This document shows positions 8,571 to 17,227 of a stretch of DNA of 64,000 bases, piece by piece. Positions within the stretch are counted from its first letter, which is position 1; every line of letters begins with the position of its first letter. The notes beneath the pieces were generated by a model. It was not told the DNA's origin, searched no databases, and saw only the letters and a list, made by a program, of their open reading frames with translations. The stretch is from Dehalococcoidia bacterium (GTDB lineage Bacteria > Chloroflexota > Dehalococcoidia > Lucifugimonadales > UBA3495), in assembly GCA_034420695.1 (NCBI GenBank), contig DAOULB010000002.1, forward strand, positions 7,817-71,816, read 5' to 3'. The position numbers were made by a program, and so were the translations under genes.

Positions 8571-9071
8571 ATGGACGTAGTTCTGGTGAAGAACGCCAAC
8601 CGCATGATGACTACTGCCAGCCTGCTGGATGACGGAATAGAGTCGAGCTTCGCTGACGGTTTCAAACGTCTAATCCCTTACTCCGATGTACCCGAGGTCG
8701 TGACACGAGAAGGGATACTTGGCCTGGAATTGCCCACCCCCTACGAAATGCTTCTGGAAACGGCTGGTGGGGATAGGGTCGAGGTTCCCTGGGACTTTGC
8801 CCGGCACTATTGCGACGCGTCCTACAGACCAACTATTGAAGCCATAGCCGCGATAAGGAGGCAAGCTCTTGGGGATAGAGTTCGTCGCTTCATGGAGCCC
8901 GCCGGTCTGACTCAAGAAGCGCTGACCCTGGCTGCCGGCATCGGTCGGGTTACCTTGGTCCGAATGGAGAATGGAGAACAAAGCTCCAGGTTCAAGACCT
9001 TGCAGGCCGTTGCTTGTGCCCTGGGAAGGGACACTCAGGAGTTGCTGGTCGAACCGGAGTCACTCCGCTGA
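8571..9071 (+). CDS. DUF2442-like N-terminal domain fused to an XRE-type helix-turn-helix (166 aa)
   Basis: GDRVEVPWDFARHY resembles the DUF2442 C-terminal motif. LTQEALTLAAGIGRVTLVRMENGEQSSRFKTLQAVACALG is a classic XRE HTH. The gene starts 4 nt after the DUF4160 stop. Confidence 0.7.
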   Translation: MDVVLVKNANRMMTTASLLDDGIESSFADGFKRLIPYSDVPEVVTREGILGLELPTPYEMLLETAGGDRVEVPWDFARHYCDASYRPTIEAIAAIRRQALGDRVRRFMEPAGLTQEALTLAAGIGRVTLVRMENGEQSSRFKTLQAVACALGRDTQELLVEPESLR

Positions 9072-9136
9072 AGAGCGGATCAGTTTCGCTCATCATTACG
9101 GACACCCGGGCAGGGACGCGCCCGGTGCCGGCTCTG

Positions 9137-9142
9137 TATAAT
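9137..9142 (+). promoter_or_regulatory. Candidate -10 box (TATAAT) for the methyltransferase/helicase operon
   Basis: ctcTGTATAATcc lies 90 nt upstream of ATG 9232, with a TG immediately 5' of it. The -35 element is weak. Confidence 0.3.
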
Positions 9143-9231
9143 CCTGAGCGTAATGAACCACTGAGACGATCAAGGGCATACGGCCCGGCTTTCATCAGGG
9201 ACCCAATGCGCTACCAAGGGGAGATTGCGCT

Positions 9232-12200
9232 ATGATCACCTTGTCAACTTCCACGCAATCGAATCTGGACAAATTTCAGGGCCTGCTCCGCGAGTTGTTC
9301 CAGGTTGATTGCGCCGACCTGGACTTCGGAATCTACCGGATATTGAACCATAAGCGGGACGCAGTCGAGCAGTTTATCAGGGAGCGGCTGCCCGCTATCG
9401 TCGGAGAGGAATTGGACCGGGGACCGTTGGCGCAGCAGGCGCGGGCTGAGGGTAACTTGGCGAAGGTCGCGCAGCGGGTCAAGGCCAATTTGGGAGAGGA
9501 TGCCATTGACGAACATGGTGTGTTGCATCCTCCTGAAACAGAGTTGCCCATAGTTCGGGAATTGGCCCAGGAGTACAAGGATGCCCAAAAGCAGGCCGCC
9601 GGTGGCAGCCGCAGTCGGGACACCGTAGAAGCCTCTATCTACAACCACCTGTACACCTTCTTCAGCCGGTACTACGAGGAAGGCGACTTCATTTCCAAGC
9701 GCCGTTACTCCCGCAACCAGCGCTATGCTATTCCGTACAACGGCGAGGAGGTCTATCTCCACTGGGCTAACAGTGATCAGTATTACGTCAAGACCGACGA
9801 GCACTTCCGCAACTACGACTGGACGGCGCCCAACGGGGTGTCGGTGCATTTTCGACTCAAGAACGCCGACGTGGAGCAGAACAATGTCAAGGGCGACCGG
9901 CGATTCTTCATCCCCCGCGTCTCCCAGACGTCATGGGACGCCGATGGCACTGCCATCACCATCCCTTTTGAGTACCGGCCCTTGTCTGGCGGTGAAACGC
10001 CCGCCTCCGGGACACGGAACCAGCAGGAAAAGATAATCGGAGAAGCCGCCGCCAAGATCCCGGAGCAACTGCACGACAATGCCCAAGCAATTGCCGCCCT
10101 AACCGGAGAACACCGGCGCAACGGCGATGGCCCGGTGAGCCGCTTGGAACACCACCTGCGACGGTACGTCGGGCGGCACAATTCCGACTTCTTCATCCAC
10201 AAAGACCTGTCCGGCTTCCTCAGCCGGGAGCTGGACTTCTACCTGAAAAATGAGGTGCTGAACCTAGACAGCTTGGTTGCCGCCGGTCAGGACTTGACCG
10301 AAGGCTGGTTCCAGCAGATGCGGCTGACCAAGGCCGTGGGCAGCCAAATCATTGACTTCTTGGCCCAAATTGAGGACTTCCAGAAGCTTCTCTGGGAGAA
10401 GCGGAAGTTCGCTATCGAGACTCACTACTGCATCACCCTGGGCAACATCCCCGCCAGTCTGTACCCGGAAATCATCAAGAACGAAGCACAGTGGCAGGAA
10501 TGGAAAGAGTTGTACGGCGTTGAGATTTCAAATCCGAGCGTGAATTTGCTCGCACAGTACCCGACACTGGTAGTAGACACTCGGCACTTCGATGCAGGTT
10601 TCACCGACCGCCTACTGGCATCTTTCGATGACCTTGAGAAGATGACTGATGGCATATTGGTACATGGTGATAATTGGCAGGCTTTAAATTTCTTGGCTCA
10701 GGCGTATCAAGAAGACATCCAATGCGTTTACATCGACCCGCCCTTCAACTCCAAATCTACGGAGATTTTGTACAAGAACCAATACAAGCACTCTTCCTGG
10801 TTGAGTCTTATTGAGAATCGCCTGAAGGCAACGTACCAACTCTTGGGAAGATCCTCTGTCCTGACAATTGCAATCGACGAGAACGAGCAAGAGAGATTAG
10901 CCTTGCTTCTGGGTAACCTGTTTCCAAACCACCAAAGGACTTGCGTGTCTGTCGTCCACAACCCAGGAGGTATCCAAGGCGACAATTTTTCCTATAACAA
11001 CGAATTCGCATATTTCGTTTATCCTTCCGGCAGTCGTTCTGTCGGTATGCAGAACCGCGACGATAGCCCAGACATCAGGCCGTTGAGAGACGTTTCTACA
11101 GGTCAGCATCTGCGGACCGACGCTGCCAATTGCTTTTATCCGATTTACGTCAAGGACAAAAAAGTAATAGGGTTCGGAGAAGTTTGTGATGAAGATTTCC
11201 ACCCTGGGTCTGCCAACGTGGACACAGGGAAAGAAATGATTGCAGTCTACCCAATCGACGCACAAGGGGTTGAACGGAAATGGGTCTTTAGTAGGCAGAA
11301 TGTGGAGCGAATAAAGGACGAGCTAACAGTACAGTGGAATAAGTCACGAAAAATTTGGGACATCATCCGTCGGAAGTCCATCTTCAATTACAAGACAGTT
11401 TGGGACGATAGACGATACAACGCTAACAGCCACGGTTCCAAACTGATAAGCGACCTGTTTGGTTTCAGAGCTTTTTCTTTCCCGAAGTCACTCTATACCG
11501 TTATGGACAGCGTTCAACTGGCAACGGATGCTGGTAATGGAACAAAGAACGTCCTTGATTTCTTCGCTGGTTCCGGCACTACGGGCCATGCCGTCATCAG
11601 CCTGAACCGTAAGGACGGTGGCGAGCGCAAGTTCATTCTGGTAGAAATGGGGGAGTATTTCGACACAGTCTTGCTGCCCCGCATCAAGAAAGTGACCTAC
11701 ACCCCGGAATGGGGAAATGGCACCCCCCAAGGCACGGCCACTACCGAAGAAACTGAACGCGGTCCACGTATTGTCAAGTGCATACGCCTGGAGTCCTATG
11801 AGGACGCGCTCGACAGCATCCGGTTCAACCAAGACGGCGGCCAGTTATCCTTACCGGACGCTGGCGACGAATACCTACTCAAGTATATGCTTGGCTGGGA
11901 GACCAAGGAAAGCGAAACCTTGCTCAACCCCGCCCTGCTGAACAGTCCTTTCACCTACAAGCTACGAGTCCACGTCAACGGAGAGCAGCAGGAACGCAAA
12001 GTTGACCTGCCGGAGACCTTCAACTACTTGCTGGGGCTGAAGGTACAGAAACGGGAGGTGTTTGATGACAACGGCCGTCGCTATGTGGTATTCCGGGGCG
12101 AAATCCGAGCCGCACCGGGCCACGAGGTCGCCGTCATCTGGCGGGCAACCGAAGGCTGGACGGAGGCCGACTTCGCCCGGGACCGGGATTTCGTCGCCCG

Positions 12201-12318
12201 GCACAGCCTCGCGGGAGACGCCGATACGGTGTACGTCAATGGCGATTCCTGTATTCCGAGGGCCAAATCCATTGAGCCGATGTTCAAAGCGCGGATGTTC
12301 GCAAGCGTGAACAACTGA
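9232..12318 (+). CDS. Site-specific DNA methyltransferase, beta-class N6-adenine/N4-cytosine (Mod-like), with an N-terminal extension of about 500 aa (1028 aa)
   Basis: Motif IV DPPF is at aa 502-505 (VYIDPPFNS). Motif I VLDFFAGSGTTGHAV is at aa 774-788. The order IV...I is typical of type III Mod / N4-N6 MTases (PF01555-type). AAGGGGAG RBS. Confidence 0.9.
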   Translation: MITLSTSTQSNLDKFQGLLRELFQVDCADLDFGIYRILNHKRDAVEQFIRERLPAIVGEELDRGPLAQQARAEGNLAKVAQRVKANLGEDAIDEHGVLHPPETELPIVRELAQEYKDAQKQAAGGSRSRDTVEASIYNHLYTFFSRYYEEGDFISKRRYSRNQRYAIPYNGEEVYLHWANSDQYYVKTDEHFRNYDWTAPNGVSVHFRLKNADVEQNNVKGDRRFFIPRVSQTSWDADGTAITIPFEYRPLSGGETPASGTRNQQEKIIGEAAAKIPEQLHDNAQAIAALTGEHRRNGDGPVSRLEHHLRRYVGRHNSDFFIHKDLSGFLSRELDFYLKNEVLNLDSLVAAGQDLTEGWFQQMRLTKAVGSQIIDFLAQIEDFQKLLWEKRKFAIETHYCITLGNIPASLYPEIIKNEAQWQEWKELYGVEISNPSVNLLAQYPTLVVDTRHFDAGFTDRLLASFDDLEKMTDGILVHGDNWQALNFLAQAYQEDIQCVYIDPPFNSKSTEILYKNQYKHSSWLSLIENRLKATYQLLGRSSVLTIAIDENEQERLALLLGNLFPNHQRTCVSVVHNPGGIQGDNFSYNNEFAYFVYPSGSRSVGMQNRDDSPDIRPLRDVSTGQHLRTDAANCFYPIYVKDKKVIGFGEVCDEDFHPGSANVDTGKEMIAVYPIDAQGVERKWVFSRQNVERIKDELTVQWNKSRKIWDIIRRKSIFNYKTVWDDRRYNANSHGSKLISDLFGFRAFSFPKSLYTVMDSVQLATDAGNGTKNVLDFFAGSGTTGHAVISLNRKDGGERKFILVEMGEYFDTVLLPRIKKVTYTPEWGNGTPQGTATTEETERGPRIVKCIRLESYEDALDSIRFNQDGGQLSLPDAGDEYLLKYMLGWETKESETLLNPALLNSPFTYKLRVHVNGEQQERKVDLPETFNYLLGLKVQKREVFDDNGRRYVVFRGEIRAAPGHEVAVIWRATEGWTEADFARDRDFVARHSLAGDADTVYVNGDSCIPRAKSIEPMFKARMFASVNN

Positions 12319-12347
12319 CCCCGGCACCTTGCCACGAGGAGTGAACA

Positions 12348-15300
12348 GTGGCACCACGAGCCCGCAGAAACCGAAACCCAGTCCCATTGCCACGTGACTA
12401 TGCTAGGCTGGAGCAAAATCTGGTCGTGCTGGCCTGGCTGCACCGCCAGTTGGGCTACGAAAGCACCCGCGCCTTGTTGAAGGACATCATCCAACTCAAC
12501 GAGGGATTCCGTGAGGACGGGCGCAGCCATATCTGCGTTCATTTGGAAGCGCGCTCCGGGCAGATGCAGGGTCTGACTGTCGAAGACCTGCAACGCTACG
12601 ACGGCAACATCCGCGAACACCTAGCGGCCATGAATGATGGACGGCCCGAACCCATCACCCTCCGCTACTTCCAATACCTAGCCGCTCTGTATACCGAAAT
12701 TTGCCTGGACTGGTACTTAAACCGAGGCGGACGCTTTTTGGTTTCTTTAAATGGATTCGTTTCGGAGCACAATGCCAACTGCGCGCCGAATCTACAATAT
12801 GACCAGTTCACGTCGAATGACCTTTCCAAGCTGGCATTTTGGATGGCCACGGGCAGCGGCAAGACCCTGCTATTGCACTTGCACTACCGGCAGTTCCTGC
12901 ATTACAACCGGAGTCCACTGGACAACATCCTGCTGATTACGCCCAACGAAGGACTGAGCCAGCAGCACCTGGAAGAACTACAAACTTCCAATATCCCCGC
13001 TCGTCGGTTCGACGCCGGTCAGCCCATCAGCCTAATAGATGACCGGGAAACTGTGAAAGTCACCGAGATAACCAAGCTGGTGATGGAAAAACAAGGCGAA
13101 GGCGAGAGCGTTGCGGTGGAAACTTTCGAGGGCCGTAACCTGATTTTTGTTGATGAAGGACACAAGGGTTCCAGCACCGAAGCGCGGGCTTGGAGGACTG
13201 TCCGCAACGCCCTCTCGGAAAACGGGTTCACCTTCGAGTACAGCGCCACCTTCGGCCAGGCGCTTGCAGGCAACGACGCACTCATAGCTGAATACGGCAA
13301 GGCTATCGCCTTTGACTACTCCTACCGTCACTTCTACCACGACGGCTACGGCAAGGATTTCAACATCCTCAATCTCCAGGAAGAAACGGGCGACGACCGG
13401 ACCGACACCCTGCTGCTGGCCAACCTGCTTTCCTTCTATGAGCAACAGTTGGTTTTCGCGGCACAAGAGGCCAAACTGCGCCCTTACGGTCTGGAGAAGC
13501 CTCTTTGGGTATTCGTCGGCAGCAGTGTCAACGCCGTATACACCGAGGAAAGGCAGCAACGCAGCGACATCCTTACGGTTGTCCGATTTCTGCACCGGGT
13601 GTTGAGCGATCGTGATTGGGCTGTTGCCACCATAAACCAACTGTTGCAGGGACAGTCTGGATTCAACGATTCAAGTACTAGGCAGGACATATTTGCCGAT
13701 AGGTTCGGCTACCTGAAGCAACGGATGGTCACGCCTGAAGCCGTGTACCAAGACGCTCTTGCAAGGGTGATGCACGGCTCCGAGGGCGGGCTGCAATTGT
13801 GCGACCTTCGGGGAGCTACTGGGGAATTGGCCTTGAAAGCGGAAGGCAGCGAAGACTACTTCGGCGTAATCTATATCGGCGACACCCCGCAGTTCAAAAC
13901 CCTGGTTGAGAAGGACGATTCTGGCATAGCAGTCACAGAGGACGCCCTGCAAGGTTCCCTATTTGACGGGATAAACGAGCCGGAATCGAAGGTTGAGGTG
14001 TTGGCCGGCGCCCGCAAGTTCATAGAAGGGTGGAATTCCTGGCGAGTGTCCAACATGGGCCTGCTGAACATCGGTCGTAGCGAAGGTTCACAGATAATCC
14101 AACTCTTCGGACGGGGCGTCCGGCTGCGGGGCCGGGATATGTCGCTGAAGCGCAGTTCGGCCCTCCAGGATAGCCAACATCCCGACTACATCAGGCTGCT
14201 AGAAACTCTCAACATCTTCGCCCTGCGGGCCAACTACATGGCCCAGTTCCGAGAGTACCTGGAAAGCGAGGGTATAGAGACGGGCACCATAGAGTTGCCG
14301 CTGTTCATCCGGCCCAACACGGGTTTTCTGAACAAGGGCCTGGTTATCCCCCGTCTGGAAAAAGATAAGACCTTCGCCGAGCAGGAAACCGTCCTGCTGC
14401 GTTCGGTGGAAGAATTCGGGCCAGTATCAGTCACGATGGCGGCCACCGTCCAGCAAATTGCCAGTGGGCGGGGCGGCGTTTCGGAGACCGGCGCTACCTC
14501 GGGGAGCGGCCAACAAATACCCTCGGAAAGCCTGGATCTGGTGGATTGGAGCAAAGCCTATCTTGACCTGTTGGAATACAAGGAAGCCAAGGGGTTGAGC
14601 AATCTACTTGTCCAGCCCGGGCTTCTCCGGCCCATTTTGGAAGCCGGGAAGAAGACGTACCTGCTGGAAGCCGACGAATCCGTCGTCGAGCCCAAGGACC
14701 ACGATGACCACTTGCGGTTGCAGGAAGCAGTTGCCAACATACTGCGGAGGTACGCCGACGCGCTGTACCGGAGCCGCCAGGCCCAGTGGGAATCCAACAA
14801 TTTGGCCTACCGACAACTGGACCACAACGACGACAATTTCCGGTTCAACCTAGGGGAGAATGGAAACGCCGGGCAGTACATCGTTAGAGTCTCAGGGGAG
14901 AACATCACCCTGTCCAGGGAAATTGAGAAACTAATCTCCGACTGGAACGCACTAAGTCAGGACGATCTGGGAACCTTGCGGCAAATCCACTTCGATCGGC
15001 ACCTGTACCAGCCGTTACTGATAGAAACCGAAGGTGTAACTTCGTCCCCTCCCCTGTTGAAGGAAAGTGAGCGCCGGTTCGTCGCGGATCTGCGGGATTA
15101 CTGCGCCAGCGAACCGGACGCCTTACCAACCGAAGCAGAGCTGTTCCTGCTTCGGAACCTGACTCGTGGCAAAGGCGTGGGCTTTTTCGAAAGCAGTGGT
15201 TTCTACCCCGATTTCATGCTTTGGATCAAATCTAATGACGCACAGCGCATCGTGTTCATAGAACCCCACGGAATGCGCCACGAGAAAGCCTATAGTAAGG

Positions 15301-15536
15301 ACGAAAGAGCACGGCTCCATGAGAGGCTACCCAGTTTGGCTCAGGAAATTGCCAGTCGTTCCGGCAATCCTCAAGTGCAGCTTGACTCCTTCGTAGTTTC
15401 TACCACGCCGCACCCAGAATTGAAGGACCTCTACGACAATGGAGAGTGGACCAAGGAAGATTTCGCAAACAAGCATATTCTGTTCCAAGAGCGTGGAACG
15501 GAGTACGACTACATAGCTCGGCTGTTACAGAGTTAA
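12348..15536 (+). CDS. SF2 (ResIII-type) helicase with a C-terminal PD-(D/E)xK-like nuclease; type III Res-like (1062 aa)
   Basis: Walker A MATGSGKT (aa 166-173), motif II VDEGHKG (aa 268-274), motif III YSATF, motif VI QLFGRGVRLRG. The C-terminus has FYPDFMLW...IVFIEPHG (D955, E972). GTG start lies 30 nt after the MTase stop. Confidence 0.85.
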   Translation: MAPRARRNRNPVPLPRDYARLEQNLVVLAWLHRQLGYESTRALLKDIIQLNEGFREDGRSHICVHLEARSGQMQGLTVEDLQRYDGNIREHLAAMNDGRPEPITLRYFQYLAALYTEICLDWYLNRGGRFLVSLNGFVSEHNANCAPNLQYDQFTSNDLSKLAFWMATGSGKTLLLHLHYRQFLHYNRSPLDNILLITPNEGLSQQHLEELQTSNIPARRFDAGQPISLIDDRETVKVTEITKLVMEKQGEGESVAVETFEGRNLIFVDEGHKGSSTEARAWRTVRNALSENGFTFEYSATFGQALAGNDALIAEYGKAIAFDYSYRHFYHDGYGKDFNILNLQEETGDDRTDTLLLANLLSFYEQQLVFAAQEAKLRPYGLEKPLWVFVGSSVNAVYTEERQQRSDILTVVRFLHRVLSDRDWAVATINQLLQGQSGFNDSSTRQDIFADRFGYLKQRMVTPEAVYQDALARVMHGSEGGLQLCDLRGATGELALKAEGSEDYFGVIYIGDTPQFKTLVEKDDSGIAVTEDALQGSLFDGINEPESKVEVLAGARKFIEGWNSWRVSNMGLLNIGRSEGSQIIQLFGRGVRLRGRDMSLKRSSALQDSQHPDYIRLLETLNIFALRANYMAQFREYLESEGIETGTIELPLFIRPNTGFLNKGLVIPRLEKDKTFAEQETVLLRSVEEFGPVSVTMAATVQQIASGRGGVSETGATSGSGQQIPSESLDLVDWSKAYLDLLEYKEAKGLSNLLVQPGLLRPILEAGKKTYLLEADESVVEPKDHDDHLRLQEAVANILRRYADALYRSRQAQWESNNLAYRQLDHNDDNFRFNLGENGNAGQYIVRVSGENITLSREIEKLISDWNALSQDDLGTLRQIHFDRHLYQPLLIETEGVTSSPPLLKESERRFVADLRDYCASEPDALPTEAELFLLRNLTRGKGVGFFESSGFYPDFMLWIKSNDAQRIVFIEPHGMRHEKAYSKDERARLHERLPSLAQEIASRSGNPQVQLDSFVVSTTPHPELKDLYDNGEWTKEDFANKHILFQERGTEYDYIARLLQS

Positions 15537-15602
15537 CCCATTTGCGATTGAACGGGAAAACCTGCGTTAATCTGAGGAAGACACGGAATGAGGTGGAACC
15601 CA

Positions 15603-15995
15603 TTATTTGGACAGGGTCAGGGTGGAGTTAAGTGAGAATCCCGGTGCTCCTGCCAGTAGTTCTGCTCCAGTACCGGGTGGACACCTCCTTCCATAAGATT
15701 CCTCTTCCCGAACTCCCTGCTCCCCGTGGAACACCTCGGCCGGGGTCCGGCAGCCCAAGGCCTGATGGGGCCTCAGGCGGTTGTAGAACCGGAGATAGTC
15801 CTCCAGTTCCGTGCGGGCTTCCCGGACGTCGGCGTAAGCCTTCAGGTGCACCTCTTCGTATTTCACCGTCCGCCACAGCCTCTCCATGAAGGTGTTGCCG
15901 GAGTAGCGTCCCTTCCCGTCCATGCTGATCTTCACCCCGTGGTCCTGGAGGACCTGGGTGAGCTCCAGGCTGGTGAAATGGCTCCCCTGGGAAAC
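15603..15995 (-). pseudogene. IS3-family transposase fragment (C-terminal part of the rve integrase core only)
   Basis: QGSHFTSLELTQVLQDHGVKISMDGKGRYSGNTFMERLWRTVKYEEVHLKAYADVREARTELEDYLRFYNRLRPHQALGCRTPAEVF matches the IS3-type DQGSQFTS...DNA.iER...K.E...RPH.aLgy.tP motifs. The upstream part of the core and OrfA are missing. Confidence 0.75.
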
Positions 15996-16216
15996 TCTTC
16001 CTGGGCCGTCGGAGAAGGGTCCGGTTCCCGTGGCCCCCTTACCTTGGCCCTGCTGGCTTAAGTGCTGGTGTCTCCGGGCTTGTGCCCTGATTTTCGCCTG
16101 AGGAACGCCGTTATCCTGCGCCTGCCACTGGACCGATCCGGTGACCAGTGTGCCGCGGTCGCATCTTTCACTCCATCCCTTTTGATTCTGTGACAGTTCC
16201 CAGGGTCGCTATGGCT

Positions 16217-17227
16217 CTACCTCGGCACGTCTACGTCGTTCGGGATGGGTAGCCGACGGGATGAGGGGTCGCTGCTAAACCCCGGCACGTCTACGCCGTC
16301 TGGGACGGGTTCCTGGTGGGGCCTGCGATAGTGGCCGCGCCAACGCACCACCTCTGCCCAGTCTTTAAACGGCGACTTGACCTTGGCGGCTTGACCGGGA
16401 GACTTACCCTCCATGGACTCGTGGTCTCTGAAAAAATTGTAGTCCAGCGTCCAGCCGGCAAGGTAGAATTGGCCGCTTTCCTTGCTACTCAGCCCGCGCA
16501 GTGTCTGGGCGCGCTGCCTGAACATGCCCTGCACCTGCTCGGAGAGGCTGTTGTCGTCCTCCCGGTTGGATACCGCCCCCAACTGTATGTGCTCGGCATG
16601 GGGAAAGACCCTCTTCACCGCGGGGATGTAGCAGGGCAACCTGGTCGTACAGACCGTTCCGGGAGGCATTGCCGCTGCGGCAGCTGCTCTCTTCAGGACC
16701 GCCTCCACCGCCAATGCATCCCGCCTCTCGGTCAAATGAGAAGTCAGCAAGTAGCCGGTGCCCTGGTCCATGACGTTCCAGAGCCAGTACCTCTTCCCGC
16801 CCACGCCCAGCCGCATGTCGTCCACCTCCCACTGCCCGCTTGTCTTGGCCGAGAGGCGCTCAATTCTCCTCAGGGCTCCTTTGGTATAGGCCCTGACCCA
16901 CTGGTAAATCGTGGCCTTCGAGGGTTCGGCAATGTCGTACGTCTTCACCAGGTTCTCGGCAATCCGTTTGTAGGACACGCCGGCGTAGAACATTTCGATT
17001 GCCCCGCCCACCTGTTCTGCCGTGAAACGCCGGCCCGCCGCCTTGCCGTTGGTGCGGAACCTCTTGGAACAGCCGCGGCATAGGTAGCGTTGATACCCGT
17101 TCCGTGTGCCGACCTTGACGACATGGGCGGACCTGCAAGCCGGGCAACTTACGGTCTTGGTCTCGGTGATTTCAGCCGCGCTTTTCATGTTTCGGGATGG
17201 ACCTGCTTGGTTAGAATTTCCGGGCAT
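16217..17227 (-). CDS. Second, diverged IS6-like transposase with N-terminal zinc finger (336 aa; alternative start ATG 17188)
   Basis: Collinear with the 6165-7244 protein: CPACRSAHV...CRGCSKRF, QWEVDDMRLGVGG, WNVMDQGTGYLL, SLSEQVQGMFRQRAQTLRGL. Identity is roughly half by eye. VCTTRLPCY sits where the paralogue has VMTDKLRYY. Confidence 0.7.
   Translation of the reverse strand: MPGNSNQAGPSRNMKSAAEITETKTVSCPACRSAHVVKVGTRNGYQRYLCRGCSKRFRTNGKAAGRRFTAEQVGGAIEMFYAGVSYKRIAENLVKTYDIAEPSKATIYQWVRAYTKGALRRIERLSAKTSGQWEVDDMRLGVGGKRYWLWNVMDQGTGYLLTSHLTERRDALAVEAVLKRAAAAAAMPPGTVCTTRLPCYIPAVKRVFPHAEHIQLGAVSNREDDNSLSEQVQGMFRQRAQTLRGLSSKESGQFYLAGWTLDYNFFRDHESMEGKSPGQAAKVKSPFKDWAEVVRWRGHYRRPHQEPVPDGVDVPGFSSDPSSRRLPIPNDVDVPR

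Noticed and set aside
9244-9849. 201-aa minus-strand ORF inside the methyltransferase gene, and 13032-13640 inside the helicase gene
   Set aside because: They are antisense to strongly supported long ORFs. They have no motifs and a biased composition.
16316-17083. 255-aa + strand ORF inside IS6-like copy 2, and the analogous 6642-7184 ORF in copy 1
   Set aside because: They are antisense to the transposase reading frames, which carry the zinc-finger and DDE-type motifs.
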